NCBI GenBank assembly: GCA_037444445.1
Contig: JBBIMK010000017.1
Location: 1-32,000 of the forward strand
Source of the DNA: a bacterium
GTDB taxonomy: Bacteria; UBP7; UBA6624; JBBIMK01
Direction: 5' to 3'
Length of the DNA stretch: 32,000 bases
Every line of letters starts with the position of its first letter. Positions within the stretch are counted from its first letter, which is position 1. This document shows, piece after piece, positions 7,787-16,459 of the stretch. The translations under genes were made by a program, and so were the position numbers. A model generated the notes under the pieces. It was given only the letters and a program-made list of their open reading frames with translations, had not been told where the DNA came from and did no database searches.

Positions 7787-8614
7787 ATGAATGCTGTGGC
7801 GGTGGTTTCCATCGGAATTCTTGTGGGGATTTATCTGGTTCTTCTTGGATTTTCTCTTCAGGTCCGAAGGTGGGCGGGTCAGGATGCCCGCTACTCCCTC
7901 CTGTTTCTCCTCGTCACCGGGTTGCTATCCCAGGGGTATCAAAGCCTTTCTCTGTCCCAGCGATTTCTGGCTTTCTCCTACATCGGTGTTCCCATTCTGG
8001 CCGACCTGCTCATCCGGAGGGGGGATTCCCTGCTCCTCTGGTTTTGGGCCATCTGGCTCTGGATTCCCGTGGAGTTCCGCATCGGCTTCCGCACAGGGCT
8101 GGAGCATTCTTCTGCCATTGCGCTCGGGACGATGTGTTTTCTGTGGCTGATGGCGGTCCGGAGGGATGAATGGACGGGGATGCTTCGCCTACCCCGCATT
8201 GAGGAGATAAAATGGGCAATTCTCGGATTGCTGGGCTTTGCTCTTTTCGCCATTCCTTTCGGCTTTTTGACGGAGTTTCTCCGATGGGAACCCCGATATC
8301 TATCTCCTCTGCAGGCGCTGTGGATATATCTGCTCACCGCATTTCCGGAAGAGGTGCTTTATCGCGGCATCCTCTTCGGGCAACTGAGGAGATGGATGGA
8401 CTGGCGCCTCGCTTTACTCCTCTCCTCCCTTCTTTTCGGAATTTCCCACTTCAACGACCGACCATACTGGGGAGGAAGTTATTTCCTTCTCTCCATTGTT
8501 GCAGGGGGATTATACGGCTGGATTTTTCACATCACGAACAACCTGCACTCATCCGCCCTGTTTCACTGGGGTGTGGATTTCCTCTGGATGCTCCTCTTCG
8601 GCCGCGGAAAATGA
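7787..8614 (+). CDS. CPBP-family (CAAX protease/Abi) intramembrane metalloprotease
   Basis: This is the only plus-strand gene. ATG at 7787 follows AAGGGGGA with a 7-nt spacer. The protein is polytopic and carries the three CPBP motifs: EEVLYRGILF (EExxxR), FGISHF (FxxxH), and HWGVD (HxxxD/N). Confidence 0.85.
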   Translation: MNAVAVVSIGILVGIYLVLLGFSLQVRRWAGQDARYSLLFLLVTGLLSQGYQSLSLSQRFLAFSYIGVPILADLLIRRGDSLLLWFWAIWLWIPVEFRIGFRTGLEHSSAIALGTMCFLWLMAVRRDEWTGMLRLPRIEEIKWAILGLLGFALFAIPFGFLTEFLRWEPRYLSPLQALWIYLLTAFPEEVLYRGILFGQLRRWMDWRLALLLSSLLFGISHFNDRPYWGGSYFLLSIVAGGLYGWIFHITNNLHSSALFHWGVDFLWMLLFGRGK

Positions 8615-8653
8615 CACCTTTTGGGGTCAGGCACCAAACGGTGTCATTATTGC
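8611..8653. terminator. Copy 2 of the hairpin repeat, filling the whole gap between two convergent genes; likely a bidirectional terminator
   Basis: ATGACACC...GGTGTCAT forms an 8-bp outer stem plus a TTTGG/CCAAA inner stem. On the minus strand it is followed by TTTTCC. The CPBP stop TGA (8612..8614) lies inside the repeat, and the HD-GYP gene stop (8653..8655) abuts it. Confidence 0.6.
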
Positions 8654-11600
8654 TATACGGCGGCAGTGGATTCTTGCTGAAGAACCTGGATGAAAGCAGG
8701 AACCACTTCCGGGTCGAACTGGGTTCCTGAATGTTTCTCTAATTCCTTTATCGCCTCTTCCTGGCTCATAGCTTTCCGATATGGGCGGTCGGTGACCATA
8801 GCGTTGTAAGCGTCGCAGACGGCGATAATCCGGGAAGCCTGCGGAATAGCCTCTCCCATCAGCCCCTCTGGATACCCTTTCCCATCCCATCTTTCCTGGT
8901 GATAGTAAATCCAGGGAATAATCTTCCACAGAGCCTGGATGGGCTTCAGGATGCTGGCACCAATATAGGGGTGTAGACGAATCAGTTCCCATTCCTCTGG
9001 GGTTAGCGGGCCTTTTTTCTGCAGGACCTGGTCAGGAATTCCAATCTTCCCGATGTCGTGGAGGAGTGCGGCGTATTCCAGAAGTTCCAGGTCCGAAGAA
9101 GTCCAGCCCAGTTGTTTCGCCGTGTTCAGGCACAGGTGTGTAACCTGGGCGGAGTGCCCGCGGGTGTAAGGGTCCCGGGCATCTATGGCGGCGGCGAGGG
9201 CATAAATTACCCCCCGGGAAAGGCTATGAACTTCCTCAAATAAAAGAGCGTTATGCAGGGCGATTGCCACCTGATTTGTCAGGGTTTCTAACAGGGCTTC
9301 ATCCCCGGAGGAGAAAGTGTATCCACCGATGCGGTTGATGACCGTGAGAGCGCCGAGGCACTTTTCTTGATGAATCAGGGGGGCGGAGAGGGCGCTGCGG
9401 GCTTTCCCGGAGGGAAGAGCCTGCTCCAGTCCGAAGCGACTCCTCCACCGGAAGTCGGAAGATACATCGGAAGCACTGGCGAGGGTTCTTTGCTCATAAG
9501 CCCAGCCGGTGAGCCCCTCCCCGGATTTCACACGCAACTTCCCCACGGCGCCTGTAAAGGGGTCCGACGCCGCTCTCAGCACCAGTTTCCCCTCCTTCTC
9601 CTCCCAGAGATACAGCAAGCACGCTTCTACCTGTAACGCCTTCGCTATCATATTTGCCACCAGGTCCAGCACATTCTGGACGCGTAGAGTGGAGGTGAGA
9701 TGTCGGCTGACTTCATACAGGGTTGCCAGTTCATTCAGTTTTTGCTGGAGTTGTTCAAGCAATCCAGCACGCTGGATGGCGCTGGCGGATATATCTCCAA
9801 TGGTGGCAAGGAGGTTCACCACTTCCCGGGCGGGCATTTCTTTTTTCTCGTAGAGGACCAGGAGGGCACCGATTTTTTTCTCCGCAGTGGTAAGAGGTGT
9901 GCAAACGGCGCCGTGAAAGTTCTTGAAGGTTCGAGGGGACACCAGACGGGGGTCAGCAGAAATGTCCTCCAGGACTTCTGACTCACCGGATTTCACCACG
10001 GAGCCGGCAATCCCCTCCCCCACAGGTAGAATCAAGCCCTCCGCCTTCAGGGGGAGCCCCTGTATCGCCACCGCTTTTAGAACCTCCTTTTCCGGTTCCA
10101 GCAGGAACAGAATTCCTCCCTGCGCCTTTAGAACCTTCAGGGTGGAACGCAGGATAATCGGAAACATATCCGATTGGCTCATCGCAGACCGAAGAGAGTG
10201 GCTCACCTCGGTGAGAGCCGACAGGTAAGCCACCTGCTTTTGTGTTTCCTCAAACAGAATAGCATTGTCCACCATGGCAGCCGCATGGCTGGCGAAGGAT
10301 TCCAGTAAGGGGATTTCCTTCTCCCCACACCCCCGGGGGTGGTCCCAATACAGATTCAGGGCCCCCAGAACCCGCTCTCCTTTTACCAGCGGAAAGGCGG
10401 CAGAAGAGCGGTAGCCTCGTTTGAGGGCTTCCTCCCTCCAGGGGGAATAGGCAGGTGATTCCATAATGTCGTTTCTCAGCACAGGCTTCCCCGTTTTGAT
10501 TGCCATTCCTGTGGGTCCCATCCCCGTGGGGGAATCATCCCGGCTCACCCGGATGATGGAAGTGTAGCCTTCATCGTAACCTGCGGAGGCAAGGGGGCGG
10601 ATTTCCATCGTGCCCTCCTCCACCAGCCCCACCCACGCCATCCTGGCTCCAAAAGTATCTACCGCAAGTTGACAGACTCTGGATAGCATCTCCGGTAGAC
10701 GAAGGCTTTCCGTGAGCGCCCGGGAAGAGGCGTAAAGAGAAGCAATCTGCCGGAGCAGTTTCTCCTTCTCCTCCAGCAAACCGATATGGGAAAACGCCAC
10801 AGCCATTTCATTTGCCAGCGCCTCAATAGCCACCGCATCCACATCATCAAAGGCAAACTTTTGATGGCTTTCTATGTTGATAACTCCGATAACTTCCTGC
10901 TCTTTCAGTATCGGCACACACAGTTTGGATTGCGTTTCCGGAATGTAAGCCACATAAAGGGGTTCCTTTTCCACATCCGGCACCAGACGGGGCTTGCCGT
11001 GGATGGCTACCCAATCAACGACCCCCTTTCCTTCCACCGGTTTTCTCCATTGCTCCTCAGTCCGAGGGTGGACACCTGCCCAGGTTTTACGAATCAGTTC
11101 CTTTCTTTCCTTATCATAAAAGAAAATCACCACATCTTCATACCCAAACTGACGGTGAAGGCTCTGGGCTACAAAATTCAGGAAGGCGCTCTCGTCTGTG
11201 AAGCCTCCCGACCGCAGGGCAATCTGGCTTATCACCATTAACTGCCTGGACTGCTTCCATTCCCTCTCTAACAGGAAAGCAGCGCCAGCAGCGCTTCCTA
11301 ACTGGATGCCGATAGCTCTCAAATGGTTGATTTCTTCCAGGGAAAAAGTGCGAGGAGACCGGGTCACGAGATGGAGAACCCCCAGAACTTGCTCCTGGCT
11401 TATCAGGGGAACAGCCACGAAGGTGTGAAACTTCTCTTCCGTAAAGAGTTTTCGGTAAGTTCCTTCCGGGTATTCCTGGATACTCGTAACGACGGGTTCT
11501 TTTTGAACTACCACCCGGCTGGAAAGGTGGGATCCCCCAATTTTTAAAGTCTTTACCTGCCGGGCGAGGGATTCTGAAATGCCTGAGTGAACCTGTAAAG

Positions 11601-13008
11601 ACAGGGTTTCACCGTCCGACTCTATGAGGTAAATACCCCCGGCATCTGCTTTTAGAGTGTCCAGCGTTTTCTTCAGGCCAAGTGACAGAGTATCCTGCAG
11701 AGAGAAGGCTTGCGATGTTGCCCTGTCAATCTCATAAAGAATGCTTAAGAATCGTGCTTTTTCCTCCAGCGCCTCCTCCAGCTTTTTACGCTCGGTGATG
11801 TCGCGAATGTCTGCAATAACCAGGAGGCCTTCTTCGGTTTCCAGAAGGCTCAGGGAGACTTCCACAGGCACTTCGCTCCCGTCCTTTTTCCTGCCGATGA
11901 GTTCTGCCCAGACGCCCATCGTGCGAACGGAAGGCTTTGCGAAGTATTCCGCCATACTTCGGTTATGCTTTTCCCTCAACCGCTCGGGAATCAGTATGTT
12001 ATGCTCCTGACCGAGCAACTCATCACGGGAATAGCCGAATAACTTCTCAGCCTGCGTGTTGACCAGGACGATACGGCCAGTTCGGTCAACAATCACAACA
12101 GGGTCAGGAGTGGATTCCACGATTCCCCGGAACCGCTCCTCCATTTTTTCAACTTTCCTCTCCGTCTCCTTGCGCTCTATGGCAGACGCCACCACATTGG
12201 CGATTGCCTGGAGGAAGTGAATGTCATCAGAGGTGAACCTTCTATGGTGGGTGGTGTGGGCGCCAAGGACGCCAAAGGGGCCAGGGCGACCCTGTATCAC
12301 TACACTCATTCCACTGACCACGCCGTGCTCGCTTAAGAAAGGGGAACCCTGAAACCGGGTCTCGGTCTTCAGGTCCTCCACCACCACCGGCTGATTACAA
12401 AGGAGGGTGTAGCCAGCCTGGGAATGGGTGCCGGCACTCACGGTAGCGGTGCCAACCGTTCCCTCCTTCCAGCCCACCCCTGCCACCAATCGCAAGGCGT
12501 TGCCATCGGGAAGACACTGAAGAATCTTCGCAAATTCCACCTGCAGGGTATCCGCCACGAGGCTGACAGTTTCATAAAATAAAGCCGGCAGTTCCTCACC
12601 GGATAACGCCCGCTGGCTTAACCGGGCGATAGCAGACTGCTGAAGGGCACGCATTTGTAGCATACCCTCCGCTAAATCCCGCTCCTTCAAATAGCTCGTC
12701 AGCAGGCGGAATACGAGTATATATAGCGAAGCAGAAATCCCCGCACTGACCAGGAAAACATCCAGAATCACCATCTTCCTCTGAGGAATGGGCGGAACCA
12801 GGCTGTTCAGCAGGAATATCAACAGCCCCAGAGCTACCCCTATCACCAGAAGAAGGAAAAGCAGAATGAATAAAGGAAGTATATTCTTCTTTCCCCGGGG
12901 AATTACCTTCTCTCTATTCGCCATTCCCTTCTCCTGTTGCCTTCCCATTTCCTGCAACTTTTTCCACGGGGGAAGAGGGTTATATATACCCATCCCCCCC
13001 ATCCCCAT
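8653..13008 (-). CDS. Membrane-anchored multi-sensor HD-GYP phosphohydrolase: 2 TM, GAF, PAS, 5 more GAF, HD-GYP
   Basis: 1451-aa ORF. It has two N-terminal TM helices and six GAF-like modules of about 150 aa. One PAS domain is present (PDPVVIVDRTGRIVLVNTQAEKLFGY...DITERK). The C-terminal HD-GYP domain carries LHDIGKIGIP and HQERWDGKGYPEGL. The true start is probably internal: ATG at 12924 (MANREK...) has AGGAG 6 nt upstream, whereas the -10 box overlaps the ATG at 13008. Confidence 0.9.
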   Translation of the reverse strand: MGMGGMGIYNPLPPWKKLQEMGRQQEKGMANREKVIPRGKKNILPLFILLFLLLVIGVALGLLIFLLNSLVPPIPQRKMVILDVFLVSAGISASLYILVFRLLTSYLKERDLAEGMLQMRALQQSAIARLSQRALSGEELPALFYETVSLVADTLQVEFAKILQCLPDGNALRLVAGVGWKEGTVGTATVSAGTHSQAGYTLLCNQPVVVEDLKTETRFQGSPFLSEHGVVSGMSVVIQGRPGPFGVLGAHTTHHRRFTSDDIHFLQAIANVVASAIERKETERKVEKMEERFRGIVESTPDPVVIVDRTGRIVLVNTQAEKLFGYSRDELLGQEHNILIPERLREKHNRSMAEYFAKPSVRTMGVWAELIGRKKDGSEVPVEVSLSLLETEEGLLVIADIRDITERKKLEEALEEKARFLSILYEIDRATSQAFSLQDTLSLGLKKTLDTLKADAGGIYLIESDGETLSLQVHSGISESLARQVKTLKIGGSHLSSRVVVQKEPVVTSIQEYPEGTYRKLFTEEKFHTFVAVPLISQEQVLGVLHLVTRSPRTFSLEEINHLRAIGIQLGSAAGAAFLLEREWKQSRQLMVISQIALRSGGFTDESAFLNFVAQSLHRQFGYEDVVIFFYDKERKELIRKTWAGVHPRTEEQWRKPVEGKGVVDWVAIHGKPRLVPDVEKEPLYVAYIPETQSKLCVPILKEQEVIGVINIESHQKFAFDDVDAVAIEALANEMAVAFSHIGLLEEKEKLLRQIASLYASSRALTESLRLPEMLSRVCQLAVDTFGARMAWVGLVEEGTMEIRPLASAGYDEGYTSIIRVSRDDSPTGMGPTGMAIKTGKPVLRNDIMESPAYSPWREEALKRGYRSSAAFPLVKGERVLGALNLYWDHPRGCGEKEIPLLESFASHAAAMVDNAILFEETQKQVAYLSALTEVSHSLRSAMSQSDMFPIILRSTLKVLKAQGGILFLLEPEKEVLKAVAIQGLPLKAEGLILPVGEGIAGSVVKSGESEVLEDISADPRLVSPRTFKNFHGAVCTPLTTAEKKIGALLVLYEKKEMPAREVVNLLATIGDISASAIQRAGLLEQLQQKLNELATLYEVSRHLTSTLRVQNVLDLVANMIAKALQVEACLLYLWEEKEGKLVLRAASDPFTGAVGKLRVKSGEGLTGWAYEQRTLASASDVSSDFRWRSRFGLEQALPSGKARSALSAPLIHQEKCLGALTVINRIGGYTFSSGDEALLETLTNQVAIALHNALLFEEVHSLSRGVIYALAAAIDARDPYTRGHSAQVTHLCLNTAKQLGWTSSDLELLEYAALLHDIGKIGIPDQVLQKKGPLTPEEWELIRLHPYIGASILKPIQALWKIIPWIYYHQERWDGKGYPEGLMGEAIPQASRIIAVCDAYNAMVTDRPYRKAMSQEEAIKELEKHSGTQFDPEVVPAFIQVLQQESTAAV

Positions 13009-13034
13009 TTTACCATAAACATCATTTCATTCAA
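13007..13034 (-). promoter_or_regulatory. Candidate sigma70 promoter for the HD-GYP gene, TTGAAT-N16-TGgTAAAAT
   Basis: On the minus strand, the -35 TTGAAT is at 13029..13034 and the -10 TAAAAT, with an upstream TG, is at 13007..13012. It sits in an AT-rich 150-nt intergenic region. Confidence 0.4.
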
Positions 13035-13045
13035 GAAATAAAATA

Positions 13046-13074
13046 TGATAAAGAAATGATGAAGTTTTGATGAA
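13046..13074 (-). promoter_or_regulatory. Three direct heptamer repeats at 11-bp phasing (TTCATCA, TTCATCA, TTTATCA), a candidate transcription-factor binding array
   Basis: The minus strand reads TTCATCAaaacTTCATCAtttcTTTATCA. The repeats fall at 13068..13074, 13057..13063 and 13046..13052, ending 11 nt upstream of the -35 hexamer. Confidence 0.4.
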
Positions 13075-13158
13075 TTTTTTGATTTGTATCAGCGAACGAG
13101 GTGAAGTCCTGGTAAAGGACGACAGGAAAGATACTTCACACTGTTCAGTGCATCGCTT

Positions 13159-13569
13159 CTATCCTGAAGGTGGCTCGGCACTCCGCAGATGCTCCAGTTC
13201 CCCCAGATAAGATTTCAAAAGAATTTCAAACTCCCGGAGGAAGGACTCCCGCTTGTATTTCAATCGCTCTATTTCTTCCTCCAGGCGGTGGGCGGATTCA
13301 TTCTTCTCCCGCAGGATGAGTTCTGCTTCCTTCCGGGCGCTGGCAATAATTTCTTCCGACATTTTCTTTGCCATTCTCAGGGTTTCTTCCAGGTCCTGCT
13401 TAATCTTCTCCACGGTCTCGGCTCTTTCCCGAAGGTTCTCCGATTCCTCAATCAAGTATTCAAAGGCACGGGAGACCTCTTTCAGGAATTCATCCACCTG
13501 CTTGCGATGATACCCTAACGGAGAGGATGGAAACTTTTTCCTCTCTATGTCTATGGGCGTGATTTTCAC
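13159..13569 (-). CDS. divIVA: DivIVA-domain protein
   Basis: GTG start with GGAGG 9 nt upstream. It has the canonical N-terminus KITPIDIERKKFPSSPLGYHRKQVDEFL followed by a coiled-coil-like E/K/R-rich region. 136 aa. Confidence 0.85.
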   Translation of the reverse strand: MKITPIDIERKKFPSSPLGYHRKQVDEFLKEVSRAFEYLIEESENLRERAETVEKIKQDLEETLRMAKKMSEEIIASARKEAELILREKNESAHRLEEEIERLKYKRESFLREFEILLKSYLGELEHLRSAEPPSG

Positions 13570-13600
13570 ACCGTTACCCCTCCTTTTTGCATTCCTTTGT

Positions 13601-13849
13601 TCACAGGCTGAGCAAGAAATTCCGCAAAATCTCTAAGATAAGGAATAAGAGTATGGGGGAAAAATCAATGAAGCCCAGTGGGGGAAGAAGCCTCCGGAAG
13701 GGCAACAGGGCAGGCTCGGTTAAATCATACAGGTAGAGAAAAAGGAGGTTGTGGGGACGCACCGGGAACCAGGAAATGATGAGGCGAAGAAAGATGAGAA
13801 ATTCATACAGAGCCACGACACCGGCAAGAATGTGAGCGGTGTGGCTCAC
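13601..13849 (-). CDS. yggT: YggT-family membrane protein
   Basis: YggT signature LIISWFP...LYDLTEPALLPFRRLLPPLGFIDFSPIL. I prefer the GTG at 13849 (GGAGG 9 nt upstream), giving 82 aa. The ORF-track ATG at 13912 would overlap the upstream UDG gene. Confidence 0.8.
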   Translation of the reverse strand: MSHTAHILAGVVALYEFLIFLRLIISWFPVRPHNLLFLYLYDLTEPALLPFRRLLPPLGFIDFSPILLFLILEILRNFLLSL

Positions 13850-13889
13850 GCGGTTGAACCTCCTTTTGTGGCATTCCACCTGACAACTT

Positions 13890-14540
13890 TCACGATGCGG
13901 AGGAGTTGCCAAACAATTCGGGAGCCACCTGAAGGAGGAGATTCTTCAGGCGCTGGAAATCCATCAGGAGGTTGGTGCGAAGGCGGGGGTTGCGAAGAAC
14001 CGCTGCCGGATGGTAACAGGGCAGGAAAAATATGCCCCCCCTCTGTAGCCATTTTCCTTTGTGCTCGGATAAAGAGTATCGGGGTCCCAGGAGGTGGTGA
14101 ATGGCAATGTTGCCCAGCAAGCAAATGACTCTGGGGCGAAGGAGGCTAATCTGGGCGTGAAGGTAGCCGATGCACGCTTCTACCTCGCCAACCTCGGGGT
14201 CCCGATTATTGGGCGGTCGACACTTCAGGATATTGGCAATATACACCTTCTCTCGTGGGAGGTTGATGGAGTTCAGCAATTCGGTGAGGAGCTTGCCGGC
14301 TCGCCCGACAAACGGTCGCCCCTGAAGGGCCTCTTCTTCTCCAGGGGCTTCGCCGATGAACATCACAGGGCTGGCAGGGTCGCCTTCCCCAGGCACCGCC
14401 ATGTAACCCGCTGAATCCCTCAAACCGCCCAGAGAACACCGATGGCACCGCCGAATCTCATTCTCCACCCGCTCCAGAACTTCCCGCTCCTCCCCGGTCA
14501 TCGGCCTTCGGTTCATAAAACTCAGGGCAGGATTTTGCAT
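13890..14540 (-). CDS. Family 4 uracil-DNA glycosylase (Fe-S type)
   Basis: Motifs seen: CHRCSL, VPGEGDPASPVMFIGEAPGEEE, GRPFVGRAGKLL, and NILKCRPPNNRDP, typical of UDG family 4. 216 aa. Confidence 0.88.
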   Translation of the reverse strand: MQNPALSFMNRRPMTGEEREVLERVENEIRRCHRCSLGGLRDSAGYMAVPGEGDPASPVMFIGEAPGEEEALQGRPFVGRAGKLLTELLNSINLPREKVYIANILKCRPPNNRDPEVGEVEACIGYLHAQISLLRPRVICLLGNIAIHHLLGPRYSLSEHKGKWLQRGGIFFLPCYHPAAVLRNPRLRTNLLMDFQRLKNLLLQVAPELFGNSSAS

Positions 14541-14542
14541 AT

Positions 14543-15427
14543 TCAGGCGGGCAGAACCCCAGCCTCCTTCAGCATTTGTTGAATCTTTTCCTTCTCGGTC
14601 GCAGTGGGAGAACGCAGGGGTGGGCGAAGGATGGCTTCCGGAATCACTCCCAGAACCTCCAGCGCCCCTTTCACCGGTATGGGATTCGTCACGAAAAAAA
14701 GCCCCTTAAATAAGGGAAACAATTCCAGATGTATCTGATAGGCCCTCTTCACATCCCCTGTTTTGTAGGCGGAAATCATCTGGCTGATTCGTTCCCCTGC
14801 CACATGGGAAGCCACGCTGATGACACCCTCTGCACCCAGGGAAAGAAAGGGAAGGGTGAGAGTGTCATCTCCAGAATAGATGTAAAAATCTAACGGGGTG
14901 TTCTTCTGTATGATGGAAGTTTCTTCCATAGAGCCGTTAGCCTGCTTGAGGGCCACAATATTGGGAATTCTGGATAGTTGAATGATGGTCTCCGGCGGGA
15001 TATTGGTGCCGGTGCGGCCGGGGATATTGTAAAGGATGATGGGAAGAGATGTGGACTCGGCCACAGCGGCGAAATGGTAGTAGAGGGCATCCGGAGGGGG
15101 CTTGTTGTAGTACGGTGCCACCAGCATCACCCCGTTGACGCCCGCCTTCTCCGCCTCCCGGGTCAGGTGGATGGTCGTCCGGGTGTTGTTGGTTCCTGTG
15201 CCTGCAATCACCGTGGCACGCCCTTCCACAGTTTCCTTTACCACCTGAAAAAGTTGCACCTTCTCTTCAAAGGTGAGGGTGGGGGATTCGCCTGTGGTGC
15301 CTGCCACCACCAGCCCCTGGGAGCCGTGTTGGACGAGATACTCTGTCAGGTGTTTCACCGTTTCCCAGTCCACCTCCCCGTCGCCCTTGAAGGGGGTCAC
15401 CATAGCCGTGAGGGTTTCACCAAACAT
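14543..15427 (-). CDS. dapA: 4-hydroxy-tetrahydrodipicolinate synthase
   Basis: 294 aa with AMVTPF, VVAGTTGESPTLT, PYYNKP, and ILYNIPGRTG motifs. It follows asd with a 6-nt gap. Confidence 0.93.
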   Translation of the reverse strand: MFGETLTAMVTPFKGDGEVDWETVKHLTEYLVQHGSQGLVVAGTTGESPTLTFEEKVQLFQVVKETVEGRATVIAGTGTNNTRTTIHLTREAEKAGVNGVMLVAPYYNKPPPDALYYHFAAVAESTSLPIILYNIPGRTGTNIPPETIIQLSRIPNIVALKQANGSMEETSIIQKNTPLDFYIYSGDDTLTLPFLSLGAEGVISVASHVAGERISQMISAYKTGDVKRAYQIHLELFPLFKGLFFVTNPIPVKGALEVLGVIPEAILRPPLRSPTATEKEKIQQMLKEAGVLPA

Positions 15428-15433
15428 CCTGCA

Positions 15434-16456
15434 TCACCTCGCGGGGATAGAAAGGCGCTGGGAAGGATGGGAAGGAAGGGTAGGAATCAAAAGTTCAGCA
15501 ATCTGAAGGGCATTCCAGCCCGCTCCCTTCCGCAGGTTATCTCCGATTGCCCAGAGGGAGAACTCCGTGGGAGATTCCTGGCGGAGACGACTGACGAAGA
15601 CCTCGTTCTTCCTCCACGCCCGTTGGGGAGTCACATACTTCTCCACCAGCCGAACGCCGGGCGTTGCGGCATAATAAGTTTTCAGTTCATTCAGCGAGAT
15701 GGGACGCTCCGCTTCCACGGTCACGGCTAACCCGTGAGTGTACCACACCGGCACCCGAACACAGGTCGCCCGAACCTCTAAATTCGGAAGGTTCAAAATC
15801 TTTCGTGTCTCCTGTTTCACCTTTACCTCCTCCTCCGAAAACCCATCCTCATCCACTTCCCCTATCTGTGGGATGAGATTGAACAGAATCTCCTCGGGAA
15901 AGATTTTCTCTGAATCATCCAGAAAGAAATGTTCGTGCTCGCAGTTGAGTTGACGCGTGCCCTTGCGTCCGGCGCCGGAAACGGATTGGTAGGATGCCAC
16001 GAAGATTCGTTTCAGCCCCCCTGCCCGGTAGATGGGATAGATAGCCATCAGGAGGATGGTGGTCGTGCAGTTGGGATTTGCAATAATCCCCTGATGCTGA
16101 AAAATGGCTTTCGGGTTTATTTCCGGAATGACCAGGGGCACATCAGGGGAAAGGCGATAAGCGCTGGAGAGGTCAATCACCACGCACCCACAGTCCACTA
16201 AAAGGGGTGCCACAGCCCGGCTGATGGGAGCATCCAGACAGAGGAAAACGATGGAGGAATTCTTAAATCTTGCCGCCGGGTTAGGAAATAGAGGCTGTAC
16301 ATCCTGGAGTATCCCATAATCGTCCTGGTAAGCATCGTATATATCATGGCCAGAGGCGAACTGCCAGTGATAACTGTTCCACGGAGGCGTCTTGCGAACG
16401 ATTTCCGCCATCGTTGAACCGGTGAGGCTATAAAATCCTGCGAGTCCCAGTTCCAT
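15434..16456 (-). CDS. asd: Aspartate-semialdehyde dehydrogenase with a divergent N-terminal dinucleotide-binding motif
   Basis: Catalytic GIIANPNCTT, SYQSVSGAG, TCVRVPVWYTHG, and DNLRKGAGWNALQIAE are all present. 340 aa, lying between dapB and dapA. Confidence 0.88.
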   Translation of the reverse strand: MELGLAGFYSLTGSTMAEIVRKTPPWNSYHWQFASGHDIYDAYQDDYGILQDVQPLFPNPAARFKNSSIVFLCLDAPISRAVAPLLVDCGCVVIDLSSAYRLSPDVPLVIPEINPKAIFQHQGIIANPNCTTTILLMAIYPIYRAGGLKRIFVASYQSVSGAGRKGTRQLNCEHEHFFLDDSEKIFPEEILFNLIPQIGEVDEDGFSEEEVKVKQETRKILNLPNLEVRATCVRVPVWYTHGLAVTVEAERPISLNELKTYYAATPGVRLVEKYVTPQRAWRKNEVFVSRLRQESPTEFSLWAIGDNLRKGAGWNALQIAELLIPTLPSHPSQRLSIPAR

Positions 16457-16459
16457 CTT

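Noticed and set aside
13101-13139. Hairpin GTGAAGT...ACTTCAC, 20 nt downstream of the divIVA stop, as an intrinsic terminator
   Set aside because: It has a 7-bp stem, but its large 25-nt interior is only partly paired, and no U-tract follows on either strand. It may be a stabilising stem-loop, but I cannot call it a terminator.
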